The notes beneath the pieces are model-generated. The model was not told where the DNA came from and did no database searches. It saw only the letters and a program-made list of their open reading frames with translations. Shown here one piece after another: positions 29,582 to 39,373 of a DNA stretch of 64,000 nt. This DNA is from Verrucomicrobiia bacterium (GTDB taxonomy: Bacteria > Verrucomicrobiota > Verrucomicrobiia > Limisphaerales > UBA1319): NCBI GenBank assembly GCA_963664225.1, contig OY760937.1, positions 3,136,001-3,200,000 of the forward strand, read 5' to 3'. The position numbers and the translations under genes were made by a program. The stretch's first letter is position 1. Each line of letters opens with the position of its first letter.

Positions 29582-32500
29582 TTATGGCACCAAAGGCGCC
29601 AAAACGATTCGATAGAACCCTTGATCGACCGGTTTATCGATGAGAACCCGCTTTTGGGTCGTGGTGGCGGTAACGTTGGTTTCGGTCTGCCAGACGCCAC
29701 CGAATGCGGTCACGCTCTGGATTTCGTATTTCCTTCCCGGCACCGTCTGGAAGAAGAGGGGGTGTTGATCCGAGCCTATGGCGGATTTGTCCTCGTCCGC
29801 GAGGTCGTTGGGGCGAGCCACGCTTTCAAAGGCGAGTTTCGAATTCGGATTGGTCGGATCGGTGCCGGCCTGCATCTCGGCCAGATTGCGCATGCCGTCC
29901 TGATCCGCATCGTCGGTTTCGGCGCTGGCGTCAGGAAACTTGTCCAGCAACCCCACCGTCTGCGCCCATTGCTGATACGTGGGCTGCTCAACCCACAACG
30001 CCGTCGGGCGACCGGCAAATGTGGAGCCCCAGCCGGTGGTGCCCGCGCGGTAATACACCGTTACATTGGTGGCTAAAGAAAACAGATACTTGGGTACGGG
30101 TGTCGGAGCGTTCCCCTGAAAATAAACTCCTGTCAGGCGTGTGGCTTTAAAGAATGCATCATCTCCAAGGCTGGTGACGCTGCCCGGGACTGTAACATTC
30201 GTCACCCCCCAGCAGCTATCGAACGCGCTAATGCCAATTGCGCTGACCGTGCCGGGAATCACATAGTCACCCATCCTGCCTGCCGGACATTGAATGAGGG
30301 TTGACTGGCTTTTGTCGAACAGTATGCCATCGTTGCTGGAATAGTTCGTATTCTGGGTGTCCACTTCAATGGCTGTCAGTTTGGTGCAGCCAACGAAAGC
30401 TTTTTCATCGATGCTGGAGACCCCGGTTGAAATCGTGAGATTCGTCAGCGCGGTGCAGTCTGCAAACGCATAGGTGCCAATTTTCATGACACTGTTCGGT
30501 ATCTCGACGCTGGTCAGGTTGCTGCAAGATGCGAAGGCGGAACCCAATATATTGGTAACACCGCTGCCCATTACCAAGCTGGTCAGATTGCGGCACATGA
30601 AAAACGCGCTGTCTCCGATGCTATGGACACCATTGGGTATTATGATGCCGGTCAGGACTCCGCAGTTCATGAACGCGGTCCCCCCTATGGCCACCACTTG
30701 CTTGCCCCCAATGGCATCCGGGATGGTCACGCTGCCACCCGGACCGATGTATTTGGTGATGGTGGCCGACGTGGCGTTGGTCGTGTAGGTAAAGTCGGAA
30801 ATTGGGGATTGTTCGACCCATAGGGCAGTCGGGCGGCCTGCATATTTCGTTCCCCAGCCCGTCGTTCCAGAGCGGTAATAGATCGTTGCCAAATCAGCAT
30901 CTAGAAATGGGGAATACGCCATGATCACATTAGGAGCGTTTCCCTCAAAATAAACTCCTGTCAGATTCGAGCAGGCCTCAAACGCGTAGCTTTCGATTTT
31001 GCCAACACTGGCCGGAATCGTGATACTCGTCAGCCCAACGCATCCATGGAAGGCGGAATCCATTATAACGTTGGCCCGATTGGGAATAATGATACTTGTA
31101 AGGCCCGTACAATTATAAAACGCATTACTGCTGATGGTGGTAATGGTTTGAGGAATCGAGATATTTGTCAGGCCGGAACAATCGGAGAATGCATAGCCAC
31201 CGAGCTTGTTGACTTCGTTCGTAATACTGTAGCTGCCAGTCTTGCCTGCCGGGCAAGCGATCAGTGTTGTCTGGTTTTTGTTGAACAAGACTCCATCGAG
31301 CGTGCTAAAAATGGAGTTCGTAGGGACTGAAAACCCGGTCAGACCGGCGCAGCCCGCGAAGGCGGATTCCCGAATGGCGGTGACGGTCAAGGGAATCATA
31401 TAACTACCAGTTTTTCCGCCTGGAAATTGCAGGAGTGTGGACTGGCTCTTATTGAACAGCACGCCGTCGAGGCTGGAATAGTTTGTGTTGGCTGGGGCCA
31501 CTGTAATGTTTGTCAGGCTGCTGCAACGTGCGAAAACATTCGCCCCGTAACTGCTCAAAAAACTGATTACAGCACTCCCTGGAATTACGATATTAGTCAG
31601 GCTGGTGCAGCGATAAAATGCAGATTGATCGATAAAGGTGACACTGTCGGGGAGGTTGATGTGTGCCAGTTTCGTACAGCCATAAAATGCCGACGGCCCG
31701 ATGTTGGTAATCCCTTCAGGCAAGGTGACGCCTGTCAGTTCAAGGCAGTCTCTGACGGCTGCGTTGTCGATGGACTTGACAGTGGCCGGAACCACGTATT
31801 CGCCCTCTTTGCCTGGTGGGTAGGCAAGCAGGATCGATTGATTATTGGTGAATAAGACTCCATCAATGCTCGAATAGGCTGGATTGAGAGTATCCACCGA
31901 GATCGTCGTGAGGTTGTTGCAGCCACCGAATATTGAGTATCCAATCTGGACCACGCTGGATGGGAGCGCGATGTTCGTCAAACTGGTGCAGTAAAGAAAC
32001 GCGGTCTTTCCGATATTTGTGACGCTATTTGGGATGTTAACACCCGTCAGGTTTGAGCAGTTTCGAAATGTGTCATATCCAATGCTTGTCACGCTATCCG
32101 GGAGCGTGATGTTGCCAAGGCCGCTGCAATCAGAGAACATCGAATCCATGATGTTTGTGATCCCGTTGGAAAGCGTGACATTCGTCAGCCCATAGCAATA
32201 ACCAAACGCGCCTGATCCAAGACTCGTGACGCTGTTGGGGATTACGACCTCCGTCAAACGCCCGCAATCGAAAAACACATACGCACCAATGTTGGTAACG
32301 CTATTGGGAATCGTGATCCCTGTCAGATTGGTACAATTTCTAAACGCGTTATTCCCGATAATCGTCACTGGTTTACCTCCAATCGCATCCGGGATGGTCA
32401 CGTTGCCGCCGGGGCCGGTGTATCCGGTGATGGTGGCGGAAACGTCGTTGGTGGTGTAGGTGAAATCGGTAATTGGGGATTGTTCGACCCACAACGCGGT

Positions 32501-35344
32501 CGGGCGTCCCGCATATTTCGTTCCCCAGCCGGTGGTGCCCGCGCGGTAATAGACGGTGACGTTGGGGGCGGTATCAAACAGACCCTGTGCGACGTTTGTC
32601 GGCGCATTGCCGTTAAAGTAAACCCCTGTCAGACGGGTGCAGCCATAGAACGCAAACCCATCGATCAGGGTGGCGCTGTTGGAGATCGTGACACTCGTCA
32701 AATTGGAACAACCCGCAAAGGCCCCGCCAATTATGTTGGTCACGCTTCCAGGGATGATGACGCTTGTCAGATTGGTGCGGTCGGCGAACGCCAAATCTCC
32801 AATGGCCGCGACCGGGAGTCCGAGAATTGTAAGTGGGATGGTCAAGGCACCCCCGGAACCTACGTAGCCGGTGATCGTGGTGGTGGTTGCATTTTGCTTA
32901 AAGGCGAAACCACGAACACCAGGATCAGAAATTGGCGCGGTAGGCACGCCGCCATAGCTGGAGCCCCAGCCGGTGATTCCCGCGTTGTAATATACCGTTT
33001 TTTCCCTGATATTAATATTCAAATAGTTTGGAGGCCCTGGAAACCTGGGCGGATTCCCTTCAAAATAAAGGTCCGTCAGGTTCGAGCAACCACTGAAGGA
33101 ATTGCCATCCAGCCAGAGGACACTATTGGGGAGTTTAATGCTGCTCAAACTGGTGCAACTGCCGAACGCATACTTATCCAGCTTCGTGACGCTTGAGGGT
33201 ATTGCTACATTCGTTAATGAAGCACAGCCGGAGAATGCCCCCTGCCCAATGGTTGTGATTCCGTAGGGGATGGCAAGATCGGCCAGGCGTGAACAGTTGG
33301 CGAATACATTGCTTTGGAGCGTTGTTACATGGCCTGAAATCAGCACGTTGGTCAGATTGGTGCAACCGTAAAACGACGTGGTTCCGAGTGCCGTGACGCT
33401 TCCCGGCATTTTAACGCTTTCCAATCTGGTGGAACCGAGAAATGCTGATCCCCAGATTTGCGCGACGCTGTCCGGGATTATGTAATTGGCTGTGTTGGCC
33501 GCTGGAAATTGATAGAGGACAGTCTGGTCCTTATTAAACAGAACGCCATCGATGCTGCTGTAGGCTGTGTTAAGAGGATCCACTGAAATGGTGATTAAAC
33601 TCGAACATCCACTGAACGTATTAATGCCGAGGTTGATAACGCTGGCCGGAATGTCAACATTCGTCAGGCTGGAGCAGTCGGCAAACATGGAAAAGCCGAG
33701 GTTCCGGATGCCATTGGGAATGGAGACACTCAGCAAGCTGGAGCACCCGACAAACTCATACGAGCCAATGTTCGTAACGCTATTGGGGATGTAAATATTC
33801 GTCAGACCCGCGCACCCGGCAAAGGCTCCGTTCATAATAGCGGAAATACCGTCGGGTATCGAATAATCTCCAGCCACGCCAAGCGGGTACTGAACCAAGT
33901 TCTGGCTCTTGTCGAACAATACGCCGTCCTTGCTGAAGTAAACGGGATTTGAATTATCCACGGTGATAGACATCAGATCGGTGCATTTATAGAACACATA
34001 ACCGTCAATGTTCGTGACGCTGGCTGGGATATTTAAATAGGTCAGACCAGTGCAATCACTAAATGCATTACGCAAAATGCCAACAACGCCATTGGGGATC
34101 GTTGCATTGGTCAGACCCCTGCATGCTTCAAATGCAGATTCACCAATCGTGATAACGCTGGTGGGCATCGTAATCCCTGTCAGGTTCGTGGAATACCTAA
34201 ACGCCGAATTCCCTATGCTGGTCACAGGTTTGCCCTCAATGATGTCCGGGATGATCACATTGCCGCCGGGGCCGGTGTATCCGGTGATGGTGGCCGACGT
34301 GGCGTTGGTCGTGTAGGTGAAATCAGTAATAGGGGATTGCTCGACCCACAACGCGGTCGGCCTTCCTCCGTAGGTGGATCCCCAACCTTTGGCACCCGCA
34401 CGATAATACACCGTCACCTGGTCAGACCCCAAAAACACACTGCTATTATAGGACAAGGGATATGAATTGCCTTCGAAATAAACCGCCTGCAAAGCGGCAC
34501 AGTGTGAGAACGCAGAATCTCCGATCTTGATGACGCTTTTAGGAATGGTGAGGCGCGTCAGATTGGCACAACCCGAGAAGGCAGCAGTTAGAATATTTGT
34601 AACGCTCGAGGAAATCGTTACGTTCGTGAGACTGGCGCAACCGTAGAAAGATGAACTGTTGAGGATGGTGACGCCTTCTGGAACTGTAAAGTTGCCAGCC
34701 TTGCCCGCCGGACAACAAATGAGCAAAGTGTGGCTCTTGTTGAACAATACACCATCAACACTGGAATAGGCCGTGTTGAGGGAGTCCACAGTAATTGCCG
34801 ATAGACTGGAACAGTTCATGAATGCGGTATTTCCAATGCTCGTGACGGCTTTGGGAATCGTTACATTCGTAAGGCTATTACACGAGAAAAATGCCTGCAT
34901 TCCGATATTCGTGACACCATTGGGAATTCTTACATGCGCCAGGTTGGAACAGCAAAAGAAAGCGTAATTCCCAATATAGTTCAGGCTGCCAGGCAGCGTA
35001 ACTTCCGTCAAGCCACTGCAAGAGTAAAACGCTTCAATTCCGATCACCGAAACACTGTCGGGAATTGTGACATTCGTCACACCAATACAACCAAAAAATG
35101 CCCCAGCCCCTATACTGGTGACTTTCTTGCCGAGAATGGAGTCTGGAATGATAATGTTGCCGCCTGGGCCGTTGTATTTGGTTATACCGGCGGTTGAACC
35201 ATTGGCAAAATAAGTGAAATCGCCAAAGGTGTCGGCTCGCCCCAAGGTGAGCAGGCCGGATAAAACAAGGAGGATGGGGATGGCAAGCCACTGCGTGACG
35301 GTCATGGTTTGGAGAACACTTCCGTTGCTCATCGTTTTTCTCAT
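29582..35344 (-). CDS. BspA-type leucine-rich repeat (LRR_5) surface protein, paralogue B
   Basis: Same architecture as paralogue A with more modules; near-identical N- and C-termini. Confidence 0.92.
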   Translation of the reverse strand: MRKTMSNGSVLQTMTVTQWLAIPILLVLSGLLTLGRADTFGDFTYFANGSTAGITKYNGPGGNIIIPDSILGKKVTSIGAGAFFGCIGVTNVTIPDSVSVIGIEAFYSCSGLTEVTLPGSLNYIGNYAFFCCSNLAHVRIPNGVTNIGMQAFFSCNSLTNVTIPKAVTSIGNTAFMNCSSLSAITVDSLNTAYSSVDGVLFNKSHTLLICCPAGKAGNFTVPEGVTILNSSSFYGCASLTNVTISSSVTNILTAAFSGCANLTRLTIPKSVIKIGDSAFSHCAALQAVYFEGNSYPLSYNSSVFLGSDQVTVYYRAGAKGWGSTYGGRPTALWVEQSPITDFTYTTNATSATITGYTGPGGNVIIPDIIEGKPVTSIGNSAFRYSTNLTGITMPTSVITIGESAFEACRGLTNATIPNGVVGILRNAFSDCTGLTYLNIPASVTNIDGYVFYKCTDLMSITVDNSNPVYFSKDGVLFDKSQNLVQYPLGVAGDYSIPDGISAIMNGAFAGCAGLTNIYIPNSVTNIGSYEFVGCSSLLSVSIPNGIRNLGFSMFADCSSLTNVDIPASVINLGINTFSGCSSLITISVDPLNTAYSSIDGVLFNKDQTVLYQFPAANTANYIIPDSVAQIWGSAFLGSTRLESVKMPGSVTALGTTSFYGCTNLTNVLISGHVTTLQSNVFANCSRLADLAIPYGITTIGQGAFSGCASLTNVAIPSSVTKLDKYAFGSCTSLSSIKLPNSVLWLDGNSFSGCSNLTDLYFEGNPPRFPGPPNYLNINIREKTVYYNAGITGWGSSYGGVPTAPISDPGVRGFAFKQNATTTTITGYVGSGGALTIPLTILGLPVAAIGDLAFADRTNLTSVIIPGSVTNIIGGAFAGCSNLTSVTISNSATLIDGFAFYGCTRLTGVYFNGNAPTNVAQGLFDTAPNVTVYYRAGTTGWGTKYAGRPTALWVEQSPITDFTYTTNDVSATITGYTGPGGNVTIPDAIGGKPVTIIGNNAFRNCTNLTGITIPNSVTNIGAYVFFDCGRLTEVVIPNSVTSLGSGAFGYCYGLTNVTLSNGITNIMDSMFSDCSGLGNITLPDSVTSIGYDTFRNCSNLTGVNIPNSVTNIGKTAFLYCTSLTNIALPSSVVQIGYSIFGGCNNLTTISVDTLNPAYSSIDGVLFTNNQSILLAYPPGKEGEYVVPATVKSIDNAAVRDCLELTGVTLPEGITNIGPSAFYGCTKLAHINLPDSVTFIDQSAFYRCTSLTNIVIPGSAVISFLSSYGANVFARCSSLTNITVAPANTNYSSLDGVLFNKSQSTLLQFPGGKTGSYMIPLTVTAIRESAFAGCAGLTGFSVPTNSIFSTLDGVLFNKNQTTLIACPAGKTGSYSITNEVNKLGGYAFSDCSGLTNISIPQTITTISSNAFYNCTGLTSIIIPNRANVIMDSAFHGCVGLTSITIPASVGKIESYAFEACSNLTGVYFEGNAPNVIMAYSPFLDADLATIYYRSGTTGWGTKYAGRPTALWVEQSPISDFTYTTNATSATITKYIGPGGSVTIPDAIGGKQVVAIGGTAFMNCGVLTGIIIPNGVHSIGDSAFFMCRNLTSLVMGSGVTNILGSAFASCSNLTSVEIPNSVMKIGTYAFADCTALTNLTISTGVSSIDEKAFVGCTKLTAIEVDTQNTNYSSNDGILFDKSQSTLIQCPAGRMGDYVIPGTVSAIGISAFDSCWGVTNVTVPGSVTSLGDDAFFKATRLTGVYFQGNAPTPVPKYLFSLATNVTVYYRAGTTGWGSTFAGRPTALWVEQPTYQQWAQTVGLLDKFPDASAETDDADQDGMRNLAEMQAGTDPTNPNSKLAFESVARPNDLADEDKSAIGSDQHPLFFQTVPGRKYEIQSVTAFGGVWQTETNVTATTTQKRVLIDKPVDQGFYRIVLAPLVP

Positions 35345-36078
35345 GCAAGCGTTGTATCACGCAATGAGACGCTTGCAATAACTGTTTTGCCCTGCCTGAG
35401 GTGCAGGAAAAAATTCTTCGGCAAGCGAGAAAGTCCTTATGAAGGGCATGTGAGTCTATACGAAACAAATATAGCAAGAGTTTCGGGATTGGCCGGGCGC
35501 CGATTGAGGGTCCGGCAAAAGTCAGATCTGAAAGGACGACCGCCCTCATGGAATGACGACCGCCCTCCCCATGAACCCAAAGTGGGGTGTCTTTCGTTAC
35601 AAGTTACATGGAAAGAAGTGGGTGAAGAAACATCAACATGGATAGGCAGGATGAGCAGGATATTTGACCACTGATATCACGGACGAGAAAGGAAATGGAT
35701 AATTGAGAATTTTAAAAAAAGACAAACATCCAATGGATGGGGATAGGCAGGGGAAAATCCGCAGATGAAACTGAGAAACGCAGATTAGGAGAACGAGAAG
35801 AGGGTGGATTTTGAAACCGCGAATGAACGTCAATAATTGGGGATCGGGAAAAAGGAATTGAACCACGAAATATGCGAAATGGAAAAAAGGATTGACGCAC
35901 GCCCTCATCCCGACCTTCTCCCCCAGGAGAAGGAGTAGTGTTGCGAGCCCTGGATTTATTGAACGGTTTGGAGGATGCCGCCGCGTGGGGTTGGTATAGG
36001 AGGAAAATATTAGTTGGTATGGAAAAAAGGATTGACGCACGCCCTCATCCCGACCTTCTCCCCCAGGAGCAACGGTAT

Positions 36079-36987
36079 TTAATTTGAGAGTGCAAAATCT
36101 GCGTTTTTGAGGATTTGGTTCATCAGGACAATGAGTTTGCGCATGACGGCGGTGAGCGCGACTTTGGCGGGCTTGCCCGCCAATCGGAGTCGTTCGTAGA
36201 ACTCCTTGAGTTGGCGATTGCAGCGCGCAGCCACCAGGGCGGCCATGTAGAGGGCACGTCTAACGGCGGCTCTTCCGCCACCGATGGAGCGGCGGCCTTG
36301 CCACTGGCCGCTTTCTCGAGGATGTGGAGCCAGTCCGGCCAAGGCGGCGGCCTGCCCCCGATTGAGCGTGCCCAACTCGGGCAGCTCAGCCAAAACCCCC
36401 AAGGCGGTAATCGCGCCCACCCCGGTGATGGCTTCGAGTTTTTTTGCGCGTTCATCCAGTTCTGTGGTTTTCTGGCGCAGCGCTTTGAGTTGGGTCTCGA
36501 TATGCTCCAGATCCCGTTCCAATCGACGCAGCAGGCTCTGGGCCTGGCGGCGCAACTTGGGCAGCGTGAGGCGTTCGATCTGATGGCGCTGGCTAATAAG
36601 CAGATCAAGGATCTGAGTGCGGCGGCGAACCAGTTCGGTCAACTGCTCCTCCACCTCGGAACGCGCGGGCGTGGGTTTGGGGGCGAAGGCCTGCCCATAG
36701 GCGGAGAGGACGGCGGCATCTATACGGTCGGTTTTGGCCCGTTGTCCCTGGGCGCGGGCGGGATTGATGATGCTGACAGGAATGCTGGCATGATGGAGGG
36801 CGTCAGCCACCTCACGCTCGTAGCCGCCGGTGGCTTCACAGATGACGTGAGCGCCGGGATGCTGCGCCAGGAGTTTGACGAGCTGGCGATGACCGGCGGC
36901 GGTATTGGGCAGATGGTGGGAACGACCGGCCAGTTGGAGATCAAGACTCAGCTTGGCAATATCCAAACCAGCGTAGATAGTGGTCAT
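36079..36987 (-). CDS. IS110 DEDD recombinase/transposase
   Basis: AGLDIAK, CEATGGYE, KTDRIDA, GVGAITA, GLAPHPRESG and ALYMAA motifs; alternative start at 37002. Confidence 0.93.
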   Translation of the reverse strand: MTTIYAGLDIAKLSLDLQLAGRSHHLPNTAAGHRQLVKLLAQHPGAHVICEATGGYEREVADALHHASIPVSIINPARAQGQRAKTDRIDAAVLSAYGQAFAPKPTPARSEVEEQLTELVRRRTQILDLLISQRHQIERLTLPKLRRQAQSLLRRLERDLEHIETQLKALRQKTTELDERAKKLEAITGVGAITALGVLAELPELGTLNRGQAAALAGLAPHPRESGQWQGRRSIGGGRAAVRRALYMAALVAARCNRQLKEFYERLRLAGKPAKVALTAVMRKLIVLMNQILKNADFALSN

Positions 36988-36988
36988 A

Positions 36989-37170
36989 GTGTTCTGGCTC
37001 ATTCTTGTAAATACGAGCAGGCCTTGGTGGGCCGCTCAAGCAACGGTTCGAGTTTAGGACACAGGCACGAACGGCTCTGGCTCCTCGCGCATTTGGTTAA
37101 AAACCAATGCAAGAAGGAAACGAGCTCGTCCGCGCCACTGTCCTGCCGCCTGCAGGCGGCAGGACAGTTC
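36989..37170 (-). ncRNA. Predicted bridge RNA of IS110 no.1
   Basis: 5' hairpin, target-binding loop and donor-binding loop with guide segments matching the element's own junctions (see findings). Confidence 0.8.
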
Positions 37171-37624
37171 CATCTATTCCGTCTTTTCAAACAAAACAAG
37201 AATAGATGGAAAATCAGATACAAGAAGGAGGAGTATTGGGAGATGTCGGTGTGTTTGGATGGTTTGGGAGGTGCCGCCGCGTGGGTTTGGTATAGGAGGA
37301 AAATATCAGTTGGTATGGAAAAAAGGAATGACGCACGCCATCATCACGGCTAAGCGCTGGCATCCCTGCCAGGATGCTTGAAGGGAATTGTTTGAATGGG
37401 AGAAGGGAAGAATGTGGGTTTTACGAATTAGAGCAGGCCATCGGATTATCGAGAGGGCTAGAAATATTCAAGCTTCCCTCCATTTGAATGGTGCGCCGTC
37501 TAAAGACGGGACTCCATACCCCGGAACGCCGCGCGCCGAGAATGACGTCACCCATGGCATTACACTTTTGGCTGCAGGATCGTTGGTTTCCAGACCAGGG
37601 GATTAGAGTGGGTTTGAGACGGTG

Positions 37625-37670
37625 AGCGGATTGGAAATCCGCGATACGGCAGGTTTGAAACCTGCGCTAC
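37625..37670. repeat. REP-like double hairpin
   Basis: GCGGATTGGAAATCCGC and GCAGGTTTGAAACCTGCGCTAC (GTAG end on the minus strand). Confidence 0.7.
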
Positions 37671-37816
37671 GGGTTGCGGTGTGGACGCGCGGGGGATTGA
37701 TTAAGTGTATGGCATGCCGTTGCGCTTTTTGGCCGAAAAGGTTCGTTAAACAGGTTCCAACAAAAAAGGGGCTGCCGTTGTGGTGGCAGCCCCATGCGTC
37801 ATGTTTCAGAAGAGGA

Positions 37817-39193
37817 TCAGATCTCCACGGTCTGGCCGGGAGTCGGCTCGAGAATCTTGATCCGCGGATGACGGGCGTGAATCTCCTGCTTGAACCATGC
37901 GATGGATTCGTCCTGGCCGTGGCCGAGGACAATGGTGCGCGGGTTCACCTGCGCGACAAAATCCATCATGTCATTGCGGTTGGCATGGGCGGTAAGATCG
38001 AAAATATCCATTTCGCATTTGCGGGTGAGTTCACCGGCTGATTTGCTAAAGAGGAAGGTATCGCCCGGTTTGGTGATTTTGAGGTGACCGCCGGGGGTGT
38101 CGGGATCCGCGTAGCCCACGAAGAAAATGGCGTGCTTTTCATCGCTCATGATCCGCACCGCCAGGTCGTGCGCGGCGGTGTTCTCGCTCATCATTCCCGA
38201 GGTCACCACAAAGATGCGGCCGCCGGTAAGGCGCATTTTCTGGGCCTGACCGGATTCGAGCACCTGCAGATCGAGGGCTTCATTGAGCATCAACGCGCTG
38301 TGCTGGCGGCAGGTGCGGTGGGCCTCCAGGTCGTAGATTTCCGTAAAGACGCGTCCCAGGCCGCCAATATAGATGGGTTGGCGCTTGAGTTTGCCCTCCC
38401 GCATCATCAATGCCAGCATGGCCAATACTTCCTGTGTCCGCCCCAGGGCGAATGAAGGAATCAGCACGCTGCCCTTGCGCTTGAGAACCTTTTGAATGGA
38501 CTCGGCGAGGCGCTGGACCTCGTTATCCCGGGAAAATCCGGGCGGCAACGCGCGGCTGCCCCGGGTGGTTTCCATGAGGAGGACATCCGCCTGAACTTCC
38601 TGGCACCGGGCGCCGCGGAGCAGGGTCTGGTCATGGAAACAGATATCGCCGGTGTAGAAAAACGTCTCTTTGCTGCCGCGAACCATGACTCCGGCGGAGC
38701 CGAGGGTGTGGCCGGCGTCGAAGAATTCGAGCGTGGGCGAGGTGAGGCCGGCGCGGGATTTGTGAAACGCGGCCCATTCGATTTCGCGATTGTAGCGGAA
38801 CCCCTGGAACCGGGCCGAGAGTTCGTCCACCTCGTCATGGTCATAGAGCGGATAATCGGGGATGCCCAGCTCGGTGCGCTGGCGGGTCATGACATTGACC
38901 GAGTTATGCAAAATCCGTTCGACCACGTAATAGCTCAAGTCGGTCATCAGGACGTGCGCGCGGGGAAACTGACGCATGGCCAGCGGCAGGGAGCCGACAT
39001 GATCGTGGTGGCAATGGGATATGGCGATGGCGTCCACATCCTCTTTTTTGATCTGACCGTAGAGCGGCAGGCTGTCTGTGCCTTCGCGTTTGGGGTGGGT
39101 TCCGGCATCCAGGAGCAGTCGATTGTCCTGAATATTCAACAACCACGCGCTGGCGCCAATCTCCTTTGCGGGGTTTAAATTCGTAATTCGCAT
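37817..39193 (-). CDS. MBL-fold beta-CASP ribonuclease (YSH1/CPSF-like)
   Basis: EIGAS, SHCHHDHVGSL, AGHTLGS, YTGD, FALGRTQE, TAHA and GHG motifs. Confidence 0.9.
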   Translation of the reverse strand: MRITNLNPAKEIGASAWLLNIQDNRLLLDAGTHPKREGTDSLPLYGQIKKEDVDAIAISHCHHDHVGSLPLAMRQFPRAHVLMTDLSYYVVERILHNSVNVMTRQRTELGIPDYPLYDHDEVDELSARFQGFRYNREIEWAAFHKSRAGLTSPTLEFFDAGHTLGSAGVMVRGSKETFFYTGDICFHDQTLLRGARCQEVQADVLLMETTRGSRALPPGFSRDNEVQRLAESIQKVLKRKGSVLIPSFALGRTQEVLAMLALMMREGKLKRQPIYIGGLGRVFTEIYDLEAHRTCRQHSALMLNEALDLQVLESGQAQKMRLTGGRIFVVTSGMMSENTAAHDLAVRIMSDEKHAIFFVGYADPDTPGGHLKITKPGDTFLFSKSAGELTRKCEMDIFDLTAHANRNDMMDFVAQVNPRTIVLGHGQDESIAWFKQEIHARHPRIKILEPTPGQTVEI

Positions 39194-39373
39194 TTTTAAT
39201 TCATACCAAGGGCGCAGCGGAAAGTTTCATCACAACAGAGGAATGAAGCGGATCGACCGGGCTCTTGGTTACAAGATTCCAATAAAACAACGGCCTACTC
39301 TAAGCGCATAAGCGCCTCTGCGCAATGGAAAACAAAATCGCAAACGGTTCGGGTCGCCTGAAATGCCGCGCCA

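Larger units (their letters stand above)
36070..37224 (-). mobile_element. IS110-family element (IS621-like) inserted in a REP hairpin
   Basis: AG (CT on element strand) core at both ends, 36068-69 and 37223-24. Removing the element restores CCCCAGGAGAAGGAG as seen at 35921. Confidence 0.9.
35881..37340 (+). repeat. Tandem 140-bp unit containing a REP hairpin, second copy interrupted by IS110
   Basis: GGAAAAAAGGA(T/A)TGACGCACGCC at 35881, 36021 and 37317 (period 140/141 after removing the 1155-bp IS). The first two units carry CCCTCATCCCGACCTTCTCCCCCAGGAGAAGG. Confidence 0.85.

Noticed and set aside
25119..35400. Integrative element at tRNA-Tyr
   Set aside because: No integrase and no duplicated tRNA 3' end seen in the window.
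35560..36070. Possible CRISPR array
   Set aside because: Short units are degenerate and irregularly spaced, the 140-bp units have similar rather than unique spacers, and no cas genes are present.
36070..36100. Junction promoter for IS110 no.1
   Set aside because: The equivalent register gives CTCAAA-17-TATCTG, too far from consensus to claim.
37355..37380. Right end and target duplication for the 35399 cassette (CCCTGCCAG vs CCCTGCCTG)
   Set aside because: 8/9 match only, no TIR consensus beside it, and the sequence is itself a small palindrome (GCATCC..GGATGC).
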